64,000 nucleotides of DNA from an uncultured Methanosarcinales archaeon. Lineage in GTDB: Archaea > Nanobdellota > Nanobdellia > Woesearchaeales > SKGA01. This document shows positions 56,003 through 64,000 of this stretch, piece by piece. The position numbers and the translations under genes were made by a program. Positions within the stretch are counted from its first letter, which is position 1. Every line of letters begins with the position of its first letter. The DNA lies in contig CAYRYB010000001.1 of NCBI GenBank assembly GCA_964428395.1, positions 139,971 to 203,970 on the forward strand, read 5' to 3'. The notes beneath the pieces were generated by a model that saw only the letters and a program-made list of their open reading frames with translations, did not search any database and was not told the origin of the DNA.

Positions 56003-56905
56003 ATGGAAAAAAAAACTCCTGATATGCCCGTTATAAACATCTTTGATTTTGATGAACTCATCAAAAAAACAGGTGATACGGCCGGCAGCTTAATGGAATT
56101 TTTTCGTCTTAATCTTATTTATTACCAATTAATCTCTGGAAAAGGTTTGGAGTTTGATAGACTTCGAAGATACGTTCCTGGAGACGATGTAAAGCGTCTT
56201 GATTGGAAAGTATTTGCTCGCACAGGAGATTTATATACAAGAATCTATAAAGAAGAACGGGAGTTTAACATTGTCATCATATTAGACGTTTCTAATTCCA
56301 TGCTCGTTGGCACAGGTCAATACACAAAAAACGAGTTTGGTGCAGTTATTGCAGGAACAATTGCTGTTGCAGCAGTTGAAGCGGGCGATAATGTTGGCGG
56401 AGGAGTATTTTCCTCAGAAAAAAATAATTTTGTTGAAACAGAACAAGATTATATTCATCTCTTAAACACGTTATCAATAAAGGAAAACTATGGTGGAAAA
56501 AAGAATTGGGAAAAATTAACAAACGAGTTATTAGCAAATTATTCTAATGACGCAATCATTTTCATTATTTCAGATTTTATTGATAGTAAACCAGAAGAGT
56601 TCTTACCAGAACTTGCCAGTTCATTTACAAAAGTGTATGGTATCATGATTCGAGATCCAATTGATGAAACCCTACCAAAAGGTGTTGGAAAAATGTATGT
56701 AAAAGATCCAAATACTCAGCGCGTAGTGCTTACCGACTTAGATAAGATTCGTGATGAATACGAAGTATTAAGTAAAATGCAAGTTAAACGAGTTAAAGAT
56801 GCGTTTCAACAATATGGACAACTTTGTTTTAGAATTGTCACAGGAGATGATTTCGGAATTGAATTCGTAAAAGCCATGGGTGAAGAGGAGGTGGAAATAT
56901 ATTAA
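56003..56905 (+). CDS. DUF58-family (vWA-like) protein, MoxR partner
   Basis: RRYVPGDDVKRLDWKVFARTGDLYTRIYKEERE...IILDVSNSM matches the DUF58 signature and MIDAS-like DxSxS. Confidence 0.8.
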   Translation: MEKKTPDMPVINIFDFDELIKKTGDTAGSLMEFFRLNLIYYQLISGKGLEFDRLRRYVPGDDVKRLDWKVFARTGDLYTRIYKEEREFNIVIILDVSNSMLVGTGQYTKNEFGAVIAGTIAVAAVEAGDNVGGGVFSSEKNNFVETEQDYIHLLNTLSIKENYGGKKNWEKLTNELLANYSNDAIIFIISDFIDSKPEEFLPELASSFTKVYGIMIRDPIDETLPKGVGKMYVKDPNTQRVVLTDLDKIRDEYEVLSKMQVKRVKDAFQQYGQLCFRIVTGDDFGIEFVKAMGEEEVEIY

Positions 56906-56967
56906 GTTTTAATGTATTCTCATTAACAATTACTCTTCAAAATCCTCTGCGCGATTCCATTCTTTTA

Positions 56968-57876
56968 GTGTTCTTGCTCGCCGTTACGGTTATTGCATAT
57001 ATGTTTATGAAACAAATTAGAGGTAAGCGAGCGGCTTATTTTGGGAATGTTAAAACACTTGAGCGAACACATAATTTTAGAATTTTTAATGTAAGTTCCA
57101 CAATTTTAATTATAAAACTGGTAATGATAATTATTCTTTTCATGCTCGCAACAAATTCTATTGCAATAAAAAGTTATTTACCAACAACAAATACGGATTA
57201 TGTGCTTCTTATTGACGATTCTTCCAGCATGGCAAAAACTGATTTCTCACCAAATAGACTCGCTTCGGCTAAAGACATTTCTTTGGAGTGGCTTACTGCA
57301 ATTCCTAACACAACACAAATTGGGGTTGTAGGATTTTCATCAAGTACTGATTATGCAATACCTTTAACCAATAACAAAGAGCTCGTTCGTAACACCATCA
57401 ACAAGATAGAAATTGATTATAGTAGAAGCGGTACTGATTTAAATTACGCGATTAATTATGGTCTTGATTTATTGCGCAATACCTCTCAAAAGAGGACTAT
57501 TCTTTTGTTTACTGATGGTACGCAAGAAGTTGATAACATAACTATTCTTAAGGCTATTGATGAAAATGTAAAAATTGTCAGTTTTGGCATTGGCAGTATT
57601 AACAATTCAAAAGTGGATTTGGGAAATATTCCTGAAGAATTTCGCAACACATATAGTGATTTAGACCTTAATTTTACTATTCTAAAGGACCTTTCCAGAC
57701 ACACCAATGGACAAGCATACAGAGTTTCTAATCAGTTAGAATTGCAAAGAAGTTTTGAAGATGCAACCATTTCACAAGTAAAAAGAAGTATCAATACATC
57801 CTATTATGTAGTTCTTATCATTATCATCATGTCCATTCTTGAACTTTTAGTATACGCCAAAATCGGTGCCTTATAG
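56968..57876 (+). CDS. membrane-anchored vWA-domain protein (BatA/BatB-like)
   Basis: N-terminal TM helices. MIDAS LLIDDSSSM. vWA T/D positions. A C-terminal TM helix. Confidence 0.75.
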   Translation: MFLLAVTVIAYMFMKQIRGKRAAYFGNVKTLERTHNFRIFNVSSTILIIKLVMIIILFMLATNSIAIKSYLPTTNTDYVLLIDDSSSMAKTDFSPNRLASAKDISLEWLTAIPNTTQIGVVGFSSSTDYAIPLTNNKELVRNTINKIEIDYSRSGTDLNYAINYGLDLLRNTSQKRTILLFTDGTQEVDNITILKAIDENVKIVSFGIGSINNSKVDLGNIPEEFRNTYSDLDLNFTILKDLSRHTNGQAYRVSNQLELQRSFEDATISQVKRSINTSYYVVLIIIIMSILELLVYAKIGAL

Positions 57877-57925
57877 AAAGGTTTTTAAGCAATAATTTCT
57901 CTTATTATTAAAAAGAGGTGCATTA

Positions 57926-58363
57926 TTGACATTTGGAGTGATTATTGCTATAGTTGCAATCTTGTTAGGTCTTGGTGACGCTTATTTTATCTGGCGACTG
58001 TATCAACAATCAGCTAGTTCAGTAAGTCAAATGAAAGGCGCTGTGGGCGAGCTCTTAATGGACAATAAGCTTTATTCTGCTTTTGAAGAAAAAGATGTGG
58101 CAAAGAGTATTGAATCACTTGCTTTAGTGGTTTTTAAAAGGGTAAAAGAACGCTTTAAATTTAAAGCAGAGTCCTATGCAGAAATAGTCACCGAAATAGA
58201 TAAGTCTCGTGATGTTCCTGACCAAATAAGAGAGTTACTCATCGATTTTTTTAATGAAATGATTAAAATTACGTATAAAGATGATAATGAATTAAGTGCA
58301 GATCAAAAAGTTGATTTAAGAAAAAAAATCAAGGTTATTCTTAAAGCAGTACAACACATTTAA
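57926..58363 (+). CDS. small hypothetical protein with N-terminal TM helix
   Basis: 145 aa. Last gene in the MoxR operon direction. Confidence 0.45.
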   Translation: MTFGVIIAIVAILLGLGDAYFIWRLYQQSASSVSQMKGAVGELLMDNKLYSAFEEKDVAKSIESLALVVFKRVKERFKFKAESYAEIVTEIDKSRDVPDQIRELLIDFFNEMIKITYKDDNELSADQKVDLRKKIKVILKAVQHI

Positions 58364-58461
58364 AGCTTATTTCTAAGAGTGTGTTTTGCTCACACATTTT
58401 TACGGATAATGCATTCACACATAGTGTTCTTATCAAATTCTTTTTACAAAAGGAACCCATG

Positions 58462-58630
58462 AAAATCATAAAAATCTGCAATGAGTGTCAAACCCGAGCC
58501 CTAAAGGGACGGGGTATGACGTGACACTCATAGTATCTGCAGATTTTTAGGATACCAAAAATTTCGATCTAAAGAACGGGGTATTAGACCCCAGAGAAAA
58601 AATCTCTGTCGAAATTTTTTAGTATAAAAG
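58462..58630. repeat. copy 3 of the structured repeat (about 3 substitutions versus copy 1)
   Basis: gtcaAacccgAgccc and tgacGtgacac replace gtcaCacccgCgccc and tgacAtgacac; otherwise identical. Again lies between convergent stop codons (58363 and 58661). Confidence 0.85.
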
Positions 58631-58660
58631 AAAACTCTTCCTCGCAAAAAGAAAAGAACT

Positions 58661-59029
58661 TTAAAATAAAGGAACAAGTTTTAAGAGTACAAGTATCATG
58701 TACAAAATTAACAAGAATTCTATAACGATAACACCAAACTCCCACACTTTAAAGCCAAAAAGATTCTTTAATGTCGGTACAAATTCTTCTTTACTAGTAT
58801 CGGTTTGGGAAGTAGTGTCATAAAGATTTCCTGAATCATCAGTAGTTTCAAGGAAGTCCATCGATTCATCATAAAAGTCTTTAGAAGAATCATTAGATTG
58901 TTTTTGTCGAGCAGATGATTTACTGGCTCTAACGCCAAAAAGCTTTGCAAAAAGACCTTTCTTTTCTGGCCTTTTTGGCTCTTCTAAGTTATCTATAAAC
59001 TCTTCAAATGTATCGTCTTTATTTGTCAT
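58661..59029 (-). CDS. hypothetical protein with C-terminal TM helix
   Basis: 122 aa with an acidic N-terminal part. Sits immediately downstream of the 846-aa surface protein gene. Confidence 0.4.
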   Translation of the reverse strand: MTNKDDTFEEFIDNLEEPKRPEKKGLFAKLFGVRASKSSARQKQSNDSSKDFYDESMDFLETTDDSGNLYDTTSQTDTSKEEFVPTLKNLFGFKVWEFGVIVIEFLLILYMILVLLKLVPLF

Positions 59030-59033
59030 TGTT

Positions 59034-61574
59034 TTATTGTCCTAAAATCCTCTTTTTTCTTCTTGAAATAACAAACGCAGTAAGTGCAGTCCATGCCAAG
59101 ATAAATATGGTCATAAAAGATAATTTTGCTACATCTTTTTTAGTAAATTTATTAGTTACCACAAACTTAAGGGGTACAAAACCAACAAGTTCATCCCCAT
59201 CATAAAATTTTAGATTGTATTGACACTCTGACTTGCCACCAAACATAAAATGATAACTCATCGTGTTTGTTTGTCCTACAGATAAAGAATTGTTTCCTGC
59301 AATATCTAAAAGACAATTTGATTTTTCTAATTTTACTTCCACATCATCAAGGTTAGCATCCCCAATATTCTTCACAAGAAACGAAATATCTTGCTCTGAA
59401 AAAGGAGGTACAACTATTTCTGGGGGATACTCTAAAACGCGTAATCGCTTTAAATCACCTCGTGGAAGCACATAAACAGTCATCACATCACTAGCAATTG
59501 CTGCCGTTCCATTAACTGAAGGAAAATAAACTTTTGCTACAAGAGTATACTTTCCCGGTATCTCTTTTATATACGGTGCTAATTGAAATGAGTCTTGCCT
59601 AGTTTCGCCAGGCTCTAAATTATAAACTGATGTATTCGTGTAATCCCATCCTGGTCGCGGTAAAGGTCTTACTATTAACTCAGAAGGTTTTCCATCACCA
59701 AGGTTTGAAATGTTAAAAACCACATCTCCTGCTTCTCCTTGAGCAAGGGTAATGTTATCTGGTAAATCCAGTTGAATGATAATTGGCTTTAATGGACCAA
59801 CATTTATAATATCTTTATAATCAGCTCTGGCAGGAGTTCCGCCACCACCTTCTGTTGATCCTGCTTCTGGCTGTGGAGTTGGTTGTGGTCTTGGTGTCGT
59901 TCCCGAGTCATTACCATCTCCAGGCTCACTTTCTCCTTTTGAGATTGTTGAAAACCCAAAAGGTGCAAAAACAGAAAAGTTTGATTGATTTGGTCCAATA
60001 ATAAGGCTTTCAGAAGGAGAAATAATAGTAAATATTTTCTTCCAGTCACCGCCTTCCCATTGTTGTACTTGATCAACATAAGATGTGTTTGTCACATTGT
60101 CAAAACGCGTAACATTAGTAATATTATAGCTACCATTATATTCATAAATGCTTAAATTATTAGTAACAACTCCATTTGGCATTGGCTCATGATAATAAAA
60201 ACTTATTTGCGCGTACGCATCAGGACCATTGGCTTCATACTGTATAAATTGATCAATGTGCATCATATTACTCACATTAAGAAGTGGCGGTAAATTCTTT
60301 ACTGACCGAACAACAACATCTCGAAAGGTTGATTTTAAAAATGCTGTTGAAAAATTAAGTTTTACAAGTCGAATGGTAGAGTTATCCTTAGAAACAATTT
60401 CACTATCTATATTATCAAAAGAAATATCTACAAAAGTTGCGGTGCTATTGTCAAATACAATTGCTCCAAATTCATTATATTTTGCGCCATCACCATACAA
60501 TGTTACTGAACTATTCTTTATGCAAATACCATAATAATATTGATAGACTCGAAGGTTTTCTAAAGTAACATCTTGAGAATTTTCAATCGTTACTGAGCAA
60601 AGATCATCTGCCATACTTTGATTATTATCACCATCAATTTGCTCCCCTCCAAAATTAACAACAACATTTTTTAAGTCTTTAACAACAATACAGGTGTCGT
60701 TATAATTAAATTTTGAACTGTTCATAATGTAATACCCTGATTCATTTATAGGGTCACAAGGACTGTATTGTTTTAATTCTAAAGCCAAGAGATCGTTAAT
60801 AACAACCGTTTCGCCACCAACTATATCACCAGTATAATTCAATGTTTCTCCTGGTGAAAGTTGTGCAGAATTAAGAACTGAATTGTTGCTATTTAATAAA
60901 CTTGTCATCAGTTTTGGTTCCTTTCGAGGATTAATATTTTTCGAAGCATCAAATACATCAACAGTAGTAAAGAGATATTTTTTTGGCGGTCCAATAACAT
61001 TAACACCCATACGATAAGAACCATTAAAAAAAAGTGGAAGCATTGGAAGAACAATATAATCTGACTGATTAGTATAACTAAGATAATCTGTTTCTGAAGC
61101 GTTTTCATCAATAATAACAGGATGCGTATACCCTGGATAAACAGCATTCTTGCTAGATAAATCAATATTTACTCGCGTACAATTATAAAGACCAAAGGAA
61201 TCAGCATACGTGTTTGTGAAGGTTACTTGCGCCGGATAATTAAGAACGCTTGTTAATTTTGTTTCATCTTCTGTGAGATAAACTAAATCGATTCGTTGAC
61301 CAATAGTTAAGTTTGGATGACAGACCTTAAGAAAAATATCTGGGTTACTATAACCAGTATCCATGTAAGAGTCACTTCCAAAACTATTGTTTACTGAAGT
61401 ATTAGCTGTCATGACGTATTGTCCTTTTCTATCAAAATCAAAAACAGTTACAGGCGTACCATCACCTAATTCTAACCGTCCGCTAATAAGTGCTTGAGAA
61501 ACTCCTGCTGTTAAAAGAATTCCTAATAACAAAACAAATAGCAGAATCGTTTTTTTACCATACGTAAGTGTCAT
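59034..61574 (-). CDS. surface protein (846 aa): signal peptide, parallel beta-helix-like region, P/T/G-rich linker, C-terminal TM anchor
   Basis: N-terminal signal. Repetitive N.G/NxS-rich beta-strand repeats (…VVNFGGEQIDGDNN…VTLENLRVY…) suggest a right-handed beta-helix. The linker PRPQPTPQPEAGSTEGGGGTP. C-terminus …AFVISRRKKRILGQ. Confidence 0.6.
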   Translation of the reverse strand: MTLTYGKKTILLFVLLLGILLTAGVSQALISGRLELGDGTPVTVFDFDRKGQYVMTANTSVNNSFGSDSYMDTGYSNPDIFLKVCHPNLTIGQRIDLVYLTEDETKLTSVLNYPAQVTFTNTYADSFGLYNCTRVNIDLSSKNAVYPGYTHPVIIDENASETDYLSYTNQSDYIVLPMLPLFFNGSYRMGVNVIGPPKKYLFTTVDVFDASKNINPRKEPKLMTSLLNSNNSVLNSAQLSPGETLNYTGDIVGGETVVINDLLALELKQYSPCDPINESGYYIMNSSKFNYNDTCIVVKDLKNVVVNFGGEQIDGDNNQSMADDLCSVTIENSQDVTLENLRVYQYYYGICIKNSSVTLYGDGAKYNEFGAIVFDNSTATFVDISFDNIDSEIVSKDNSTIRLVKLNFSTAFLKSTFRDVVVRSVKNLPPLLNVSNMMHIDQFIQYEANGPDAYAQISFYYHEPMPNGVVTNNLSIYEYNGSYNITNVTRFDNVTNTSYVDQVQQWEGGDWKKIFTIISPSESLIIGPNQSNFSVFAPFGFSTISKGESEPGDGNDSGTTPRPQPTPQPEAGSTEGGGGTPARADYKDIINVGPLKPIIIQLDLPDNITLAQGEAGDVVFNISNLGDGKPSELIVRPLPRPGWDYTNTSVYNLEPGETRQDSFQLAPYIKEIPGKYTLVAKVYFPSVNGTAAIASDVMTVYVLPRGDLKRLRVLEYPPEIVVPPFSEQDISFLVKNIGDANLDDVEVKLEKSNCLLDIAGNNSLSVGQTNTMSYHFMFGGKSECQYNLKFYDGDELVGFVPLKFVVTNKFTKKDVAKLSFMTIFILAWTALTAFVISRRKKRILGQ

Positions 61575-61584
61575 GATGCTTCAT

Positions 61585-63390
61585 TTATGTTGTTATTGAG
61601 TTCAGGAAAATAGAGTAAGTCTGGTAAATAAAGTCTAAAACTTGTGAAACGATGTTCTCGTTGCGAAGCTCTTTGAAATTATATGTACCCATATAAGAAG
61701 TATCGTTAATGTCAAGAGCATATTCTGAGTATAAAGTACCTGCTTTAACAAACTTAAAAGATTCTCCATTAGATTGTGTTCCTAAAAGAGTCAGATTATA
61801 ATTTCCTATATGATTAACAACATCAAGATAGTTATATTCTGGCTCATAAAGTCTATTGTATGCAGGAATAAAAACAAAAGAAGAGTTACCATAATAATCG
61901 GTAACAAAATTAACATCTGTTTTTGTCATAACTCCTGATAATTCTTGGGCTCCAGAACTATTAATGGTGATGTTAAATAATTGTGTTGGCGCAGGAAGTG
62001 CTAGGCCATTTCGCTCTCGCACAGTGCCATTTGCCGCATTAAGAATATCTCCGTCAGAATTCTCAAGATGAATTGTTAAATTATAAGGAACATTTGCTAT
62101 TGGAAACGAGTCTCGCTGTACACCATCAATATAAAGTGTTGGAAGTGTTATCGGTTTAAGTTCAAAAGACCTGCTTGCAACATTATCTGCTTCATTACAT
62201 TCAACAACATCATCACCATAATCAATGGTAACTTCTGCAACATAAAATCCGCTATGTGCAATAGCATTCCAATTAAGACCATAGTTAAGCGTGCCATCAA
62301 CAGACAAATCGGACGTGATAAGTATTGGTGCAGCATCTAAAACAACATTTGATGCATTGCCTAGTTGATAAATTCTCAGCTTAAGTGTGAAATCAGTAGT
62401 AACAGGAACATTTCCTCCACCAATATCTGTTTGACCAGAAGGAATGATTTTTTGGTTATCAATGATTACTTCAATACTTAAGGTTTGGGAATAATAAATT
62501 GGATCGGGCTGAATATTGTTTATAGTAACTCCTAAATTTGCACCAATACACATAGGATACCCAAGACCATTTACGACCGCATAGCGCGTATAGATATGTT
62601 GATCATCAATCGGTGAGGCACCAAGCCCCGCATCATAATTTAAAGGAAATCCTGCACTTGTAAGTCTTGTGCCACCACTACAACTTTCTCCATGATCATC
62701 CGAGCAAACCCCTATAACCATTGGTCGTTCATCGCTAATACCAAAACTTGCATCATTTGCGGCTTTTTGAAAGGATGATGATGTTGTTTGCAAGTAAATA
62801 GTTGGACTTGCTAAATCAACCGTGCTTGTAACATAATCAAAATCTCTTGAAAGCAAATAATATCCTAACAGTTTTGCATTTGTTCCTGCATACATAAAAT
62901 TATTTACAACGGCAGGGTTAGTACTTGAACTATCATATCCTATCCAAAGATTTCCTGGCAACGCTGCTCGATAGACTGTTGGACTTGCAGTTCCTAATTT
63001 TGAAGGTGATACGGTGAGAAATCCAGGATCTGTTGCATAACAACCTCCTCCTAAATCTAATGTTGTAGGTTGAAGAGTGTCAGGATCACCATACGTTACG
63101 AGTGCAGAATATATTTGACCAGGAGTTTTGAGTACGTAAAAACCACCAACATTAGTTGTTCCAACAGAACAAATTTCAATACCAACATCTGGGTTAGCCG
63201 GTGCAGTATCTTTGTAAACGTTTCCAGGAGCAGAAGAAGTTCCTGTAAAATATAAACTGCCTGTAAAACCATTTAAAGGTGCTGTTTTGTAAAATCCCGT
63301 TGCTGCTAGTGAGCTTGGAATAAGCAGTAAAAAAATGACAAATAAAGGTATTCCAATCAATCGTATTTGTTTTATATTCATAGGTATCAC
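61585..63390 (-). CDS. secreted protein (601 aa), unknown function
   Basis: N-terminal signal/TM (IGIPLFVIFLLLIPSSLAATG). Gly/Thr/Asn-rich beta-rich composition. Confidence 0.55.
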   Translation of the reverse strand: MIPMNIKQIRLIGIPLFVIFLLLIPSSLAATGFYKTAPLNGFTGSLYFTGTSSAPGNVYKDTAPANPDVGIEICSVGTTNVGGFYVLKTPGQIYSALVTYGDPDTLQPTTLDLGGGCYATDPGFLTVSPSKLGTASPTVYRAALPGNLWIGYDSSSTNPAVVNNFMYAGTNAKLLGYYLLSRDFDYVTSTVDLASPTIYLQTTSSSFQKAANDASFGISDERPMVIGVCSDDHGESCSGGTRLTSAGFPLNYDAGLGASPIDDQHIYTRYAVVNGLGYPMCIGANLGVTINNIQPDPIYYSQTLSIEVIIDNQKIIPSGQTDIGGGNVPVTTDFTLKLRIYQLGNASNVVLDAAPILITSDLSVDGTLNYGLNWNAIAHSGFYVAEVTIDYGDDVVECNEADNVASRSFELKPITLPTLYIDGVQRDSFPIANVPYNLTIHLENSDGDILNAANGTVRERNGLALPAPTQLFNITINSSGAQELSGVMTKTDVNFVTDYYGNSSFVFIPAYNRLYEPEYNYLDVVNHIGNYNLTLLGTQSNGESFKFVKAGTLYSEYALDINDTSYMGTYNFKELRNENIVSQVLDFIYQTYSIFLNSITT

Positions 63391-63391
63391 G

Positions 63392-63943
63392 TTAATAGTT
63401 TAATGTGGTAAATAATGATTTAATGACTTGATCAATAGAGTTTATCCCTTTTTTGAGGTCATCGTCACTAAATACTACGCCTTCTCCCGATTGTCGTTCT
63501 AGATTACTATCTATTGTCAGGGTAACATTATTTATATAATTGCCACCACTGTCCAGTATTGCCAAAGTGACTTGTGAGTTTATTGAACCATAATTTGTTG
63601 GGGTAATAATAAAAGTTGTTGATTGCGGAATGAGTTCTTCATTCGTTCTCGTTGTAGAATCAAAGGGAGTGCTACTGGTGTAAGGACTACTAACTAAATA
63701 GCCGTCACTTTCTTTCACTTCAACCATATAACCAGATTGGGGTATGCCTCCGGATTCAACATTAAGTATAATTTTATTTGGAGCTCCAGTTCTTAAATCA
63801 GAACCAGTCCAACCAGTTTGCGCAATAGTAAAATTGTTATAAATGGTATCATACACTATAGTAAAGTCCTTTGTGTGACTTGAACCAGAAGGCGGATTTT
63901 GCCAGGTAAACAACGTATTACTAATTGAATCTAGTCCGTTCAC
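63392..63943 (-). CDS. hypothetical secreted-protein-like ORF (start uncertain; an upstream gene continues beyond the window edge)
   Basis: 183-aa ORF abutting 61585..63390 with a 1-nt gap. T/S/N-rich like its neighbours. Confidence 0.4.
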   Translation of the reverse strand: MNGLDSISNTLFTWQNPPSGSSHTKDFTIVYDTIYNNFTIAQTGWTGSDLRTGAPNKIILNVESGGIPQSGYMVEVKESDGYLVSSPYTSSTPFDSTTRTNEELIPQSTTFIITPTNYGSINSQVTLAILDSGGNYINNVTLTIDSNLERQSGEGVVFSDDDLKKGINSIDQVIKSLFTTLNY

Positions 63944-64000
63944 AGCGCGTTTTACATTATCATAAAGTGTTGCTGGAGCAAGTGGTTTACTTGTATAATC

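Noticed and set aside
7651-58630. Considered whether the three repeat copies could be a CRISPR array or tRNA/RNase P/SRP RNA genes
   Set aside because: Copies are tens of kb apart (not an array). They are 165 bp with no tRNA cloverleaf, too short for RNase P or 7S RNA, and lack their conserved motifs.

Overview
The window is an AT-rich archaeal chromosomal segment, judged from an archaeal-type initiator tRNA (A1:U72), aCPSF1/FttA, a proteasome beta subunit, a family-B DNA polymerase carrying an intein, class-III (prepilin-like) signal peptides, leaderless TATA-box promoters and oligo-T terminators. Its low GC, many giant N-glycosylated surface proteins and small-genome housekeeping set would fit a DPANN-like archaeon, but that is inference.

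Main content:
- polB interrupted at the YGD|TDS motif by a 400-aa LAGLIDADG intein.
- A housekeeping block: aCPSF1, psmB, Dus, RNase HII, XPD, Adk, TruD, nitroreductase, a radical-SAM-like enzyme, tRNA-Ser(GCU) and tRNA-iMet(CAU).
- A ~11-kb, one-strand type-IV-pilus-like locus (15.7-26.6 kb): a FlaI/PilB-family ATPase, two TadB/TadC-like platform proteins, a wHTH-coiled-coil protein, four small pilins and two large N-glycosylated pilin-like proteins, one with a vWA domain.
- A MoxR-DUF58-vWA operon whose MoxR carries a ~330-aa histone-H1-like lysine-rich N-terminus.
- Several clusters of giant secreted or surface proteins.
- A ~165-bp highly structured repeat present three times, each time between convergent genes.

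The most interesting region sits just downstream of tRNA-iMet at 27.6-33.4 kb. It encodes a tightly overlapping operon of a Dcm-type C5 cytosine methyltransferase, an 839-aa protein with an N-terminal MORC/MutL-like GHKL ATPase joined to a C-terminal histidine-kinase catalytic module, and a receiver-domain protein whose C-terminus carries an Rx4H (HEPN-like) motif. Small AbrB-like, wHTH and GIY-YIG genes flank it. I interpret this as a candidate, apparently undescribed, methylation-linked two-component defence system.

No rRNA genes or CRISPR arrays were seen.
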